This document shows, piece after piece, positions 37,286 through 46,931 of a stretch of 57,402 nucleotides of DNA (positions within the stretch are counted from its first letter, which is position 1; each line of letters opens with the position of its first letter). Where the stretch lies: positions 1-57,402 of the IMG/VR virus record IMGVR_UViG_3300033150_001005; one strand, given 5' to 3'. Made by a program: the position numbers and the translations under genes. The notes beneath the pieces were generated by a model that was not told where the DNA came from, made no database searches, and saw only the letters and a program-made list of their open reading frames with translations. The DNA comes from a virus (taxonomy: Duplodnaviria > Caudoviricetes).

Positions 37286-38820
37286 GATGGTACCTGGACG
37301 TCGGTATTGTAGTTCTGCTCTCGCTCGATATGTAGCTCCTCGTTCATGTGGGACACCAGGGCTGAGAACATCCGGTCGGCCGCCTCTGATTTCCGGCGGA
37401 GGTTCTCTTTTGCCCCGCGCTCACCCTCCGTGACAACTAGGTCAACACGCACCGGGCGCGTCTGACCAAAACGCCAACAGCGCCGGACTGCCTGATAATA
37501 TTGCTCGTAGCTGTGAGACGCGAACGTTACAACGTGAGCGCAATGCTGCCAATTCAACCCCCAGGCGCCGATTTTGGGCTTGGTGATGATAACTCGAAGC
37601 TGGCCGGAGCCGAATGCCTCGTAAGTCTCCTCCTTCTCTTCGTCCGGGGTTGAACCGGCAACTTCACGCGCATCGGGAATGAGCCGGCTGAGCAGCCTGC
37701 CCTCATCATTAAGGTGGCACCAGATCACCGCAGGCTCACTGGTGTTAGAGACGAGCTCGGCGACGGCCTCGCATCGCTCAGGAATTGTTCTGCGCCGTTC
37801 TTCTCGCTCCTCCCTCATATTCGTAGCCGGCATAGCGAAAAGGGCACCGGGCGCGAGAGTACGGGTTTCAATCACGTGCTCGCGTTCGTGCAATGGTGGC
37901 AGGATAAAGCCGTCATCCTCAAAGCCGAGATCTGATGGCTTGCGCAGCGCCCTTGCCCATGAGCACACCCAACGCCAAAACGGCCGCTGAGCATGACCCT
38001 TAAAGCGCCAGCGCTGGCCGGCGTGGCGGCCCCCAAATGCCGCCCCCTTGACATCCACCGTGCTGTTGTCGCTCCGGAAAAACCTAGTCAGCATGTCCAT
38101 ATGTCCCATCTCACCCAACGCCTCAGCAGAAGTGCCCAGCTCGGTATAATCGTTTGGTGCCGCAGTCGCTGTGCAAAGCAGCCGATACGGGAGCGTCCGC
38201 ATAAACTCGGTTATCTGTCCGCGCCGCTTCCCATCAAACGATTTCAATATGCTTGATTCGTCGCAGACGACGCCAGCGAAGTCGTCCGGATTAAAATGAT
38301 GTAGCTTCTCATAGTTCGCCACGGCGATCTTTGCCGTCGCGGGGCTTCCCGCGCTGCACCGTTCGCACTCGATGCCGAACTTCTGACCTTCTTTGATTGT
38401 CTGTTGTGCCACGGCCAGGGGCGTGAGGATGAGCACCGGTTTGTTCGTTTTCCTGACGACGTTTTCGGCCCACACCAACTGCATCGGCGTTTTTCCAAGA
38501 CCGCAGTCTGCAAAGATAGCCGCCTTACCCTTACGCAAAGCCCAGTCCACCAAGACGCGCTGGAAACCAAAGAGAAAATCTGGCATCCAAATCGGATCAA
38601 AGCCGGAATACGATCCATACTGTTCCTTCTGCCGCAGAAATTCCCTATAGTCGGTGTGGTCCACCAATATGATTGCTTCCTCCATCAAGTTGTCTTCCGC
38701 GCCACGTTTCGCGCCTTCAACGTCAAGCAACCACTCCGGATAGCGCCCGGCGGAGCGAATATAGTCCCCGGCTCGCCGCTGGTTGGCGCGGGCAACGGAT
38801 AGCGCTTGCTCAAGATTCAT
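37276..38820 (-). CDS. SNF2-like SF2 helicase
   Basis: FADCGLGKT, DESS, TATAAPN, QAVRRCWRFGQ. Confidence 0.92.
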   Translation of the reverse strand: MNLEQALSVARANQRRAGDYIRSAGRYPEWLLDVEGAKRGAEDNLMEEAIILVDHTDYREFLRQKEQYGSYSGFDPIWMPDFLFGFQRVLVDWALRKGKAAIFADCGLGKTPMQLVWAENVVRKTNKPVLILTPLAVAQQTIKEGQKFGIECERCSAGSPATAKIAVANYEKLHHFNPDDFAGVVCDESSILKSFDGKRRGQITEFMRTLPYRLLCTATAAPNDYTELGTSAEALGEMGHMDMLTRFFRSDNSTVDVKGAAFGGRHAGQRWRFKGHAQRPFWRWVCSWARALRKPSDLGFEDDGFILPPLHEREHVIETRTLAPGALFAMPATNMREEREERRRTIPERCEAVAELVSNTSEPAVIWCHLNDEGRLLSRLIPDAREVAGSTPDEEKEETYEAFGSGQLRVIITKPKIGAWGLNWQHCAHVVTFASHSYEQYYQAVRRCWRFGQTRPVRVDLVVTEGERGAKENLRRKSEAADRMFSALVSHMNEELHIEREQNYNTDVQVPSWL

Positions 38821-39115
38821 TGGTTACCGGTATCTTTCGCGCGCTGAGCTTTAGCTCGTAGCCCAGCTCGTAGAGCATGGCAGCGAGATCCCAAAGGGAA
38901 ATTTCACCGTCACTAAACAGGCGGCGCACGATCCGCATACTCTCTGATGTCTGAACGTTGCAGCCCTTGCTCAGTTCGCTCCCGAGCCACTCTGGGCTGC
39001 GCGCCTGTTCTCCTAGCAGTCGTGCTACTAGCTCTGCAGCATCAATGCCAGCACCATGTACATAGTAAAGTCGGCGGTACGTTGGGCTCCGCATGAGCTT
39101 TTCGTGTCTAGTCAT
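38810..39115 (-). CDS. Hypothetical protein (possible degenerate HTH)
   Basis: ORF coupled to neighbours. Confidence 0.5.
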   Translation of the reverse strand: MTRHEKLMRSPTYRRLYYVHGAGIDAAELVARLLGEQARSPEWLGSELSKGCNVQTSESMRIVRRLFSDGEISLWDLAAMLYELGYELKLSARKIPVTNES

Positions 39116-39477
39116 TCTAGCCTCCGTTTCTGATAATTCAGTTCAACGTCGAACACTTCGTCCGAGATGCCTGCGAGCTCTTGGAGTTCCAGAAGCACAT
39201 CGCCGAGCTGATACCAGGGGCAACACGTAAAATGCCGCCCGAAAACACCTGGCTTGCGGTACGGGCCGCAAGTGCACGGGTATCGCTCCTGAAGTATCCG
39301 AACAAGACGAGCCACCAGTACCCCCGAATCGCCACCTGCAAGTTCGGCTGCAAGCTTTAACAAGTCTTGTACGGCGAAGTCCGAAGCGGGCACCTTCGTT
39401 CGGAACCTCTCGGGTGGGCCGTAGTAGACCTTTTCCCATACCTGATGAAGCCTTTGAGCTAACTCCCCGTACGTCAT
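39112..39477 (-). CDS. Hypothetical protein
   Basis: ATGA coupling; CTC...H..C. Confidence 0.55.
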   Translation of the reverse strand: MTYGELAQRLHQVWEKVYYGPPERFRTKVPASDFAVQDLLKLAAELAGGDSGVLVARLVRILQERYPCTCGPYRKPGVFGRHFTCCPWYQLGDVLLELQELAGISDEVFDVELNYQKRRLE

Positions 39478-39740
39478 TCGCTTTCCCCCAACCTCTCTCT
39501 GATTTTCCGTAGTAGCTCAGCGTGCGTCATTGGATGGCAAAAGAAGAATGGCGGGTCGGATTTCTCCTTTGCCATAAGATCTGTATCAGTTTTAATGAGC
39601 CTGTCTAGCAAGATACTTAGTACTTTCATGTCAGTAGGCGCTGGTACTAGCCGTCCGTTGCGATCCCGCCACGCCCGGACGACAAACGCGCCGACTATGT
39701 GGCAAAGAGCTTTTATGGTATTATTATCAATGGGTTTCAT
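39474..39740 (-). CDS. Hypothetical protein
   Basis: ORF with SD. Confidence 0.5.
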   Translation of the reverse strand: MKPIDNNTIKALCHIVGAFVVRAWRDRNGRLVPAPTDMKVLSILLDRLIKTDTDLMAKEKSDPPFFFCHPMTHAELLRKIRERLGESE

Positions 39741-39761
39741 TTTATTGGCCTCATTCCTTCC

Positions 39762-40091
39762 CTAGAGGTATTCGCTCGCATCGTCTAGCCCTTCTTGCAG
39801 CAATTGCACGCCTTCGCGGAATGCACCACCAGCTTGACGCTCATTCTGCTTCCTCCATGCCGCAAGGAGAACTGCGGCGTCGCCTGTTTCGGTGTATTGC
39901 ACCCAGGCATTCCTGTCCCTGATGGGCGGCCAAGGAATCGGCCAGTACGGATACACGGCGTCGCGCGTGTCCTCCACCAGGTAGCCGTCCTGCTCCCTGA
40001 CGCCGTGCTTTTCCAGGTTCTCGCGGAGCAGCCCGCGCAGCAGTTCTTCTGGCGATCCGTCAAACTCGTCAATCCATGTGTCTAGGCTCAT
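39762..40091 (-). CDS. Hypothetical protein
   Basis: ORF downstream of attP. Confidence 0.5.
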   Translation of the reverse strand: MSLDTWIDEFDGSPEELLRGLLRENLEKHGVREQDGYLVEDTRDAVYPYWPIPWPPIRDRNAWVQYTETGDAAVLLAAWRKQNERQAGGAFREGVQLLQEGLDDASEYL

Positions 40092-40209
40092 CCGTTTTCC
40101 GGTTAACAATTGCTCATCAAAACTTGAGCATCGGTGCTCGAAAAGCCGGTGCTCAGGCGCACGGGTAGCCTGTGTGATTCTCGTAACTTGTTGATTTCGC
40201 TAGGTGGTG

Positions 40210-40264
40210 TGGCAGGCGCGGCAGGACTCGAACCTGCGACCCTCGGCTTAGAAGGCCGATGCTC
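40210..40264 (-). mobile_element. attP core: 3' two-thirds of tRNA-Arg(TCT)
   Basis: - strand gagcatcggc-ctTCTaa-gccga-gggtc-gcaggTTCGAGTcctgc-cgcgcctgCCA; 5' acceptor and most of the D arm missing; 22 nt from the integrase stop. Confidence 0.9.
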
Positions 40265-40286
40265 GCAAATTCCGTGGTAACGCATG

Positions 40287-41486
40287 TCACTGAATGCTTT
40301 GGACTTGCCCGCCAGCATCCTCATCGCATGTATCAAATGCACCACAAAACCATCCCAATTCGCCCAGAATCGCCTCCGGAATCGCCCGGCGCCGCTCCAC
40401 GTCTTGGACGCTGTAGTACAACGTCATGCTCGCGTCACGATGCCCCATCGTCCGCTGCCGATCTTCCAACGGAATCCCTGGAATCTGGCCGGCTAGCGCC
40501 GAGTGTGCACGCCGAAAGCCGTACCACGTCACCGGGAATCCGAGCGTGTCGGCTAGCTTGCGGAATTGCCGGTTGGCGATGTTGTGCGAGTCAACCGGGG
40601 TTCCCCGGCGGCTCTGGAACAGCGGCGCCTCCGGGTCCTGGCGCTTGGAACGTTCAACCAGCGCCGCCAGCATCCCGGCCAGCTCCGGCGTCAAGCCCTC
40701 GATCCGTTCCCTGGCCGATGTCTTCAAGCTGCCATACTCGCCGCGGTAGTAATTCTCGCGGACGGCTACTGAGTAGGGCGCTAGCATGATTCCGTCCACC
40801 TGCACAGGTTGGGGCGTGAAGTTGCAATTCCGCAGACGGAGTCCACACAATTCCGCCGGCCCCATCGAAGTAGCTACCGATAAAAGTGCCATCTCGCGTG
40901 CTGGCGGCGTGAGCCGTAAGAGCACCAGGCGCAATTGTTCCACCGTGTACGTAGGGCGCCGCTCGTGCCGCACCGCGGGCAAGCTCACCAACCGTGCCGG
41001 ATTCTCCGCCTGGTACAATCGCAGTCTCCGCGCGTGCTCAAAGATGGCGGACAGGCAGTGCTTCGCGTGCAACACCGTCTGCACACTGTAGCCTCGCTCG
41101 AATAGCTGCCGCACAATGCCCTCAATGGTGCCCGCGTCCACATCTGACAGCCTGCACCCGCCCACCAGCGGTTCCAGCATCCGCCACCGGGTGGCATAGT
41201 GCGTTCGCCCGGCCTTTTTCAGCCGCCACACCACCTGTGGCTCAAATTGCGACGCCCAAAACTCGCTGAGTGTCGTGCTGCTGGAGGGGCGGCAGTTGCG
41301 GAGATTGATAGCCGCCATGAACTCTCGGCGCTTCCGCTCGGCCTCCCGGACGCCGACATCTTTCTTGGAACCGATGTACTCGTACCGCCACCTCCAATTC
41401 CCTTCCGCGTCGTACTCCCGGTATTGCACCGTCCAGGTGCTGCGAGACTTCACCCATCTACCCTTCTGACTTCTCGGTCGTGCCAT
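40287..41486 (-). CDS. int: Tyrosine integrase
   Basis: ELCGL, LKT, Y.FRR, MGH...MT..Y; adjacent attP. Confidence 0.92.
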   Translation of the reverse strand: MARPRSQKGRWVKSRSTWTVQYREYDAEGNWRWRYEYIGSKKDVGVREAERKRREFMAAINLRNCRPSSSTTLSEFWASQFEPQVVWRLKKAGRTHYATRWRMLEPLVGGCRLSDVDAGTIEGIVRQLFERGYSVQTVLHAKHCLSAIFEHARRLRLYQAENPARLVSLPAVRHERRPTYTVEQLRLVLLRLTPPAREMALLSVATSMGPAELCGLRLRNCNFTPQPVQVDGIMLAPYSVAVRENYYRGEYGSLKTSARERIEGLTPELAGMLAALVERSKRQDPEAPLFQSRRGTPVDSHNIANRQFRKLADTLGFPVTWYGFRRAHSALAGQIPGIPLEDRQRTMGHRDASMTLYYSVQDVERRRAIPEAILGELGWFCGAFDTCDEDAGGQVQSIQ

Positions 41487-41533
41487 CGTTGCCTCCATGG
41501 GCATTGTGGCACAAACGGGATTGGGCATCATTC

Positions 41534-41776
41534 TCATCTCAGCGCTTCAGATTCGAGCCGCGGCTCCGCCATCTGTTCGTTGTGCACCTCACGTAAGCCG
41601 AGCTGGCTAGATTCACCAGCCACAGCCATCAGACCCTCAACGCTGAAGCCGTGATGGCGGCACAGACGCCAGGCAGCTTTAGGCTGATTATATGGCGGGA
41701 GGGCTAACGCGGAAATAGCCATTGCGAACCCCTGATAGAAGCCCCGCTCCCAATCGCTCAGCTTTTTTCGTGCCAT
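41534..41776 (-). CDS. Hypothetical protein
   Basis: ORF in operon. Confidence 0.5.
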   Translation of the reverse strand: MARKKLSDWERGFYQGFAMAISALALPPYNQPKAAWRLCRHHGFSVEGLMAVAGESSQLGLREVHNEQMAEPRLESEALR

Positions 41777-41970
41777 GTCGCATCTTCTTGCTGGCGCTGC
41801 TTCAGCTCTTCCAGTTCCCGTAAGGCGCTCTTATAGTCACGGAGCAGCCTCTCCCACTGTGGGAGCCTCCACCTTGCTAAGCGTTCAGCCGCAGCATGAC
41901 AGGTTGCGACCTCGCACCGAAAACCATCAAGTACCCCGCGATAATAGGCTGGGCTCTCGCGTTCTTTCAT
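41758..41970 (-). CDS. Hypothetical protein
   Basis: GGAGG SD. Confidence 0.5.
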   Translation of the reverse strand: MKERESPAYYRGVLDGFRCEVATCHAAAERLARWRLPQWERLLRDYKSALRELEELKQRQQEDATWHEKS

Positions 41971-42135
41971 CGCTCCTCCTTCTGATCTTTGCGTGGCTGA
42001 AAGCAGTCGCAGTCGTCCTCTCCAAATTCATTCAAATAAACAATGCCTATCGAGGGAATTTCCTCCTGCGGGGCAAAACAGTAACCCCAGTTTGCTCTGA
42101 CGTGCTCGCACCTCCCTGACTTGCAAATCGCTGGG

Positions 42136-42486
42136 CTATTCGTCGAACGGGATTTTCCTGCCGTGCTTCGCAAGTTGCTTCCCATCAATGTCCCCACTGC
42201 ACAGTCCATCAATGATTTCCAGCAGTGTCTCCACATCTCGCTGGTAGTGGGTGGCATATTCCAACAAGATCTTCAACCGCTCCTTGTCGCGTTCCGACAC
42301 TAATGGATCAATTTTGAAGCTCGCCCAGAGGTGATCCGGCGGCAGTTCGTAGTGGTTGGCAATCACGTAATCACAGCCGCCCTTGCAAATCGATGCGAAC
42401 GTTGGGATGGAGCAATCCTTACACCGCCCCTGAATCGATCTGAGCAAATGCTGCACCGCTCGGATTCCGTCAGCTTGTATGTTCAT
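42136..42486 (-). CDS. Hypothetical Cys-containing protein
   Basis: ATGA coupling. Confidence 0.5.
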   Translation of the reverse strand: MNIQADGIRAVQHLLRSIQGRCKDCSIPTFASICKGGCDYVIANHYELPPDHLWASFKIDPLVSERDKERLKILLEYATHYQRDVETLLEIIDGLCSGDIDGKQLAKHGRKIPFDE

Positions 42487-42683
42487 CGCTTGCCTCCGTA
42501 CTTGCGCTCCCACTCGCGGAGCACCTTTGCCACCAGGTGTCGCATCGGGCGGGTGTCGGTGTCAGTGCATTGCGACAGCGTGTCCATGCAATAGTCGCCG
42601 GTTATAACAAAGATCGGGCAGGCCTCGTGGCAAAGGTGTGATTCCATGGTTTCAAGTTTCCTCTTCAGTTCCTGGTTATTCAC
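42483..42683 (-). CDS. Small Cys-rich hypothetical protein
   Basis: GTGA coupling. Confidence 0.5.
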   Translation of the reverse strand: MNNQELKRKLETMESHLCHEACPIFVITGDYCMDTLSQCTDTDTRPMRHLVAKVLREWERKYGGKR

Positions 42684-43252
42684 TGCATTACCCCCGCTCC
42701 CGCAAACGCCTCCAGCTCCTTGCGGTACTTCTTGGCAATGCGGCTCAAAACTTTCCGCTGGAATTCCGTCAATCCATCCAGCTCGCCCACCAGCGCCCGG
42801 CCGATCTGCGCAAGCACCACGGCATCGGCTTGATTGTTATCTGCCGCTTCAACCCTCCATCGCCGCCAAACCTCGCGGAGGATCAGTGCCTTGTCGGCTT
42901 TAGTGCTCCCTGTTGCAAATTGCTTGAGCTGAACGGGGGCGACAAGAACGTACGGGATTTCGGCCTTATCCAATAAGATCCTTGCCTGCCAGTGCAGCCA
43001 GCCAATCTGAAGGAATGTCGCTGATTTGGAGCCGTAGCTCGGCGATTCAATGACAGCCAGCTTGCCCGCTGGACCGTATGAGGTTACCATCTGCACCGCC
43101 AGCTGCTTCCACAACCACGAGAGCCGATCAGTACCGCTCCTGTCCCCGGTAGAAATCGTGCCAAACCGGTCATACCAGTCGCCAGCCTGGTCCTTGATGC
43201 ACCAGCACCAGCCGGTTGCGGTGAGCGAGAGATCGAGTCCGAGAATCGTCAT
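42680..43252 (-). CDS. ruvC: RuvC-like Holliday junction resolvase
   Basis: ILGLDLSLTATG, AVIE, LKQFATG..KADK, NQADA. Confidence 0.88.
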   Translation of the reverse strand: MTILGLDLSLTATGWCWCIKDQAGDWYDRFGTISTGDRSGTDRLSWLWKQLAVQMVTSYGPAGKLAVIESPSYGSKSATFLQIGWLHWQARILLDKAEIPYVLVAPVQLKQFATGSTKADKALILREVWRRWRVEAADNNQADAVVLAQIGRALVGELDGLTEFQRKVLSRIAKKYRKELEAFAGAGVMQ

Positions 43253-43350
43253 CAATCCCCCTTGTTGAATAACCAGTCCAGCAGAATGATCAATACGGAG
43301 CCGGCAAGCACCGCGCCGGCGACGAAACCTAGCGCTTCTAGCGGAGTCAT
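43252..43350 (-). CDS. 32-aa membrane peptide
   Basis: MTPLEALGFVAGAVLAGSVLIILLDWLFNKGD; AGGAGG SD; translationally coupled. Confidence 0.7.
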   Translation of the reverse strand: MTPLEALGFVAGAVLAGSVLIILLDWLFNKGD

Positions 43351-43457
43351 CGGTTCCTCCTGTCAATCAAGTCATCGAGGAGAATAATTATGATCCCTCC
43401 AATAATGCACCCAAGCGTCCAGGCACAGACAAAAGCTAGCGCTTCTGACAGAGTCAT
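43347..43457 (-). CDS. 36-aa membrane peptide, paralogue of the neighbour
   Basis: MTLSEALAFVCAWTLGCIIGGIIIILLDDLIDRRNR; GAGGAG SD. Confidence 0.7.
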   Translation of the reverse strand: MTLSEALAFVCAWTLGCIIGGIIIILLDDLIDRRNR

Positions 43458-43603
43458 CAGCTCTCCTCGCGGCGATACCGCCGCCGCTGCGCTGCGCTCA
43501 TGCGCCGGCGGGCTTCTTCGCTCACCTCACGGCGCTTGCGCCGCCAAGGAATCGTCAGAATGATTCGGATGTCGCGGTAGCGACGTTCAATCCGCAGCTT
43601 CAT
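43457..43603 (-). CDS. 48-aa Arg-rich peptide with a NUMOD3-like motif
   Basis: SEEARRRMSAAQRRR; GGAGGT SD. Confidence 0.6.
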   Translation of the reverse strand: MKLRIERRYRDIRIILTIPWRRKRREVSEEARRRMSAAQRRRYRREES

Positions 43604-44747
43604 GTTTCACCTCCGGTTCAAGCTGGAAATCCTCACCCGCTTCGCTCGAAGCCTCGCCGGCCGCCTCGCTCTTGCGCCTCGGCATGGCGATTTCATTGGA
43701 ATCAGGTTCCGCTTGCCAGTCCGTCTCCTCTTCCGGCTCCTCATCCTCCGGGTAGAATTCGGCTTCCATGCGTGCGGCTTCTTGCGCTTCCGGGAGTTGC
43801 GGGGATTGCTGGGGGGCACTGGCAAGAGCGACACGCCGGAATTCCTCGCCAGCCTCGATAGCCTTGCGGTAAAGTTCAACTGCATCGCTTGCACGAAGTT
43901 GCAGGCTCACGGCGTACTGAGTTGTCGGCTTGCCTTGGTGTGACGCGCGATAGGGCCGCAGTGTGAGCAACAGCGGGATGCCTGCCACTGTGCCCTGTTC
44001 AGCATTTCCCCTTCCAGTCACGGTGCGAATTCGATGAATGCTTGAGGCGAGATCCGCTGCACTGCGAAACCCCGTGCTGTCAAAGGTGCAGGTCCCGCCG
44101 AGCATGGGGGCATACGCTAGCTGGAAGTTCAAACGGCTGTGCGGCTTACAGACGCGCTTCTCGCCGCGAGCGAGCGGACAGCCCTTGATGTAGCATCTGC
44201 CAACCAGCGGAAAGAACTGCTCGCCTGCCGCCTCTGCTTCAGCCGCAAGCCGCCTTTCCTCCTCGTTTTGAGCGGCGGTGATCCGGCGCCGCGCATTGAT
44301 GCCGTCGCCCTCGCACTTGAGTTCTGCCGCAGTCCACCATTGATATGCGAGTTCGAGCGGCTGATCCGTCAAGAAGACGATGCCGATCTCTGTCGGCACT
44401 GGACCGTGGCGCTCTATCGCTTCCCAATCGGGGTAATAGGAGCCGTCAATACCGATGCGGTGAAAGGTGAAGTAGGGGAACTTGCCCGGATGGCCCCTCA
44501 ATGGTGCCTTGCGCCGCTGCTCGTTGTACGCCTTTTCGGCTTCCACCCGCGAGTCGAACCGCAGCCGCTTCGTGTCCTTGCCAACACCAACCTCAACAAC
44601 CCACTTTTGCGCCCTGTCAATGTAGACGTGGACGGCTGGCCCCTTCGGGTAGCCGATGCCTACCTTGAGGATGCGGACTTCGCGCGTCAATGGCGTGCCA
44701 TCCGGTGAGTGCGTCACACCATAGAGTTTGGTTCTATCGAGCTCCAT
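43587..44747 (-). CDS. Recombination-associated protein (gp3-like 'directionality factor' family)
   Basis: C.GDG, CP...CKP..RL.F, GIPL.L; acidic tail; in recombination module. Confidence 0.65.
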   Translation of the reverse strand: MELDRTKLYGVTHSPDGTPLTREVRILKVGIGYPKGPAVHVYIDRAQKWVVEVGVGKDTKRLRFDSRVEAEKAYNEQRRKAPLRGHPGKFPYFTFHRIGIDGSYYPDWEAIERHGPVPTEIGIVFLTDQPLELAYQWWTAAELKCEGDGINARRRITAAQNEEERRLAAEAEAAGEQFFPLVGRCYIKGCPLARGEKRVCKPHSRLNFQLAYAPMLGGTCTFDSTGFRSAADLASSIHRIRTVTGRGNAEQGTVAGIPLLLTLRPYRASHQGKPTTQYAVSLQLRASDAVELYRKAIEAGEEFRRVALASAPQQSPQLPEAQEAARMEAEFYPEDEEPEEETDWQAEPDSNEIAMPRRKSEAAGEASSEAGEDFQLEPEVKHEAAD

Positions 44748-44748
44748 G

Positions 44749-45210
44749 CTACCTCCTGTCGGTGTCGCTTCCCTGGCTATTCTCCACCGGCGCATCCGGC
44801 TGCTTTGCCTTGCCGGGATCACCGAGTTCCGCTTCCAGCCAATCAGCGAACGGACCGGTCGAAACTTCGATCTTATAATCCATTGTTTTTCCGTCCGTGA
44901 CGCGGAATGTCGTAATGCCATATAGGTCGATCCCCGCCTTGTCGCCGTATTTGGTCGGCACACGCTCAAGCATGATGTCGGGCTTCGGATTATCTGGACT
45001 GACAACCTGGAAATCCCAAAGCCGGTGAATGGCAGGCGGCACTGGTTTATCGTGTTCCAGATGCTCCGCAGCCTGCCGCAAGATTAACACTTGGAAGTTT
45101 CGGATGGCTCTTATGGGATCGTCCGTTGCAACGTCGCAACCAGCCACGGAAGGAACGACGACTCTCCATTTGTCCCCGTTTCGCATCATCTTGATTCGGA
45201 TCTGATTCAT
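44749..45210 (-). CDS. Hypothetical protein
   Basis: GGAGG SD, ATGA coupling. Confidence 0.55.
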   Translation of the reverse strand: MNQIRIKMMRNGDKWRVVVPSVAGCDVATDDPIRAIRNFQVLILRQAAEHLEHDKPVPPAIHRLWDFQVVSPDNPKPDIMLERVPTKYGDKAGIDLYGITTFRVTDGKTMDYKIEVSTGPFADWLEAELGDPGKAKQPDAPVENSQGSDTDRR

Positions 45211-45902
45211 GCCTGCCTCCTGCCGGCACGAACAACCTGCTCGGCGATAACCCTGACTCCCGGCAGTTGCGCTGATCCCCTCGTGGCCCGCGCCCACTGG
45301 TTCAGTGCCTTCATGTTCGGCTCAATGAGAGCGGGCGGAACGGTGCCGTTGACGACGCCGCCAGCCAGTGCCTTCAGGTCAGTCACCTCCGCGCGAAAAA
45401 CGGTTACCGTCGAGATCCCTTTCGTCTTTGGGGGCTCTGGCGGCTTTGAAACAGGCAAAGGCTGCCGTCCCGCTTCCTGAAGGATCGCCTCAACCTCAGC
45501 GGCCGCTGCTCCCTCTTTCTCGGCTTCAATAGCGGCACGTAGCGCCTGCTCTTCCGCTCGCCGCCTTGCTTCTTCCTCGGCCTTGCGCCTGGCCTCCTCA
45601 GCCTCTCGCTGCCTCTTGAGCCGGTAGTCCCTCGTGCGTTGCTTGATCACGGCTTCCGCCTGTCGGAGCGGCTCCAACATGCGTTTCTCGGCGGCGACGA
45701 CGGCCTTCCACGCCTCATGCGCCTTCCGCTTGATTGGACCATGGTGTGCCGTGATCTCTTTCTCCAGATCCTTGATGCCGAGCAGCATTTCATCCGCCTG
45801 CATCAAGGCTTCATCGCTAGTGATCTGAAGCGCTTGCGCCCGCTCCGGCCACGTCATGGCCTGCTGCTCCAGTTCCCTGGGTGCTACCGCCGCTTCAGCC
45901 AT
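45207..45902 (-). CDS. Coiled-coil protein of the recombination module
   Basis: Long helix; C-terminal P.MKALN..A....LPGVRV. Confidence 0.7.
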   Translation of the reverse strand: MAEAAVAPRELEQQAMTWPERAQALQITSDEALMQADEMLLGIKDLEKEITAHHGPIKRKAHEAWKAVVAAEKRMLEPLRQAEAVIKQRTRDYRLKRQREAEEARRKAEEEARRRAEEQALRAAIEAEKEGAAAAEVEAILQEAGRQPLPVSKPPEPPKTKGISTVTVFRAEVTDLKALAGGVVNGTVPPALIEPNMKALNQWARATRGSAQLPGVRVIAEQVVRAGRRQA

Positions 45903-46494
45903 TCGTCCTGCTCCTTTCCTGCTTTGCCCTCATCACCGTCAGGGCGGCGAGGAAGATGTTGAAGTCCTCCTGCCACTGCTTGCTTGAGAACTCTTGCACC
46001 TGATAGGCGCCGTCTGATTTGAGCGCCACCGCCATGCGGCGGTAGCTTCGCGGCTCCTCGAAGAACGCTGCGTAAGCCGCAAGCTGGATGCTCACCCACC
46101 ACGGCATGGCGCCCGTCTTGATATCAATGATCCACTTGTCGCCGGCCGGAAATGCACCCAGCCGGTCCAGCGTGCCAGCGTAGCCATACGTCGGATTGTA
46201 GCCGCGATGCTCGATCAATTCGGGCTTGAATTGTGTCTCCTGCCGGAAGCGCCGCCATGCCTCAACGTAGCCGCGCAGCGAGGCGTCAAGGGTGTTCCAG
46301 TCCAGGTCGTTCTCGTCGTCATACCGGGTGGCCTCGTGCACAGCAATGCCCCGGCGCAGCGCGCGATCCCGAACGTCCCAGGCAAGGTGAGAGTAGTCCG
46401 AGATGCCTACGCCTTCCAGGATGGAAGTGACGTTCGGGACGACCGTGCCGCCGACACGGTACGTATGAGTGTCTGAATCGAATTCAAGCGCCAT
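45895..46494 (-). CDS. PD-(D/E)XK exonuclease (Cas4/RecB-like)
   Basis: P.VTSIL, RG..VH, YAGTLD, IIDIKT, QLAAY. Confidence 0.88.
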   Translation of the reverse strand: MALEFDSDTHTYRVGGTVVPNVTSILEGVGISDYSHLAWDVRDRALRRGIAVHEATRYDDENDLDWNTLDASLRGYVEAWRRFRQETQFKPELIEHRGYNPTYGYAGTLDRLGAFPAGDKWIIDIKTGAMPWWVSIQLAAYAAFFEEPRSYRRMAVALKSDGAYQVQEFSSKQWQEDFNIFLAALTVMRAKQERSRTNG

Positions 46495-46505
46495 CGCAGC
46501 TCCTG

Positions 46506-46700
46506 TCAGGAATACCAACGCGGAATCGCCCGGAAGAGTCTCGGAATCTCTGGATCAATCTTGGCTAGCACCGCAAGCAGGGCTTCATCGGCCCTAATGT
46601 GGGCTACTTCAATTTCATCATCCGACTCCGCATATTCCCTGCATTCTTTGAGTTTCGCCTTCAGGTTTTTAATGTCCTCCGGCGTTATTAGCATGTCCAT
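46506..46700 (-). CDS. Hypothetical protein
   Basis: D.E.AH..ADE.L...WY pattern. Confidence 0.6.
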   Translation of the reverse strand: MDMLITPEDIKNLKAKLKECREYAESDDEIEVAHIRADEALLAVLAKIDPEIPRLFRAIPRWYS

Positions 46701-46712
46701 TGTTCTTCCCCT

Positions 46713-46931
46713 CTATTCACGTCGTAATCCTTGATTTTGGTCCGCCCATCTTTCGCAGACCCCCCTCGCCAACTCATCAACCATGTCCCGCAGCTTATCC
46801 AGAGCCGCCATTGCCACGACAACACGGTCGGCTATCTTTCCGAGGTCATTATTAAGCGCCTTAAGTTGGTTCAGGATCGCTGCGGATTGGTGCAACTCCT
46901 TCACTGTTTGCTCGTCGTTAAATGCGGTCAT
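46713..46931 (-). CDS. Small coiled-coil protein
   Basis: ATG 46931 with a GGAGG SD supplied by the last array unit. Confidence 0.6.
   Translation of the reverse strand: MTAFNDEQTVKELHQSAAILNQLKALNNDLGKIADRVVVAMAALDKLRDMVDELARGVCERWADQNQGLRRE

Noticed and set aside
40210-40264. Functional tRNA-Arg gene
   Set aside because: The 5' acceptor strand and most of the D arm are absent; it is an att core
42680-43252. RuvC (or the HNH at 30775) as a TasR/TasH effector
   Set aside because: Both are short stand-alone nucleases with no room for a Nop domain; the RuvC looks like an ordinary phage resolvase
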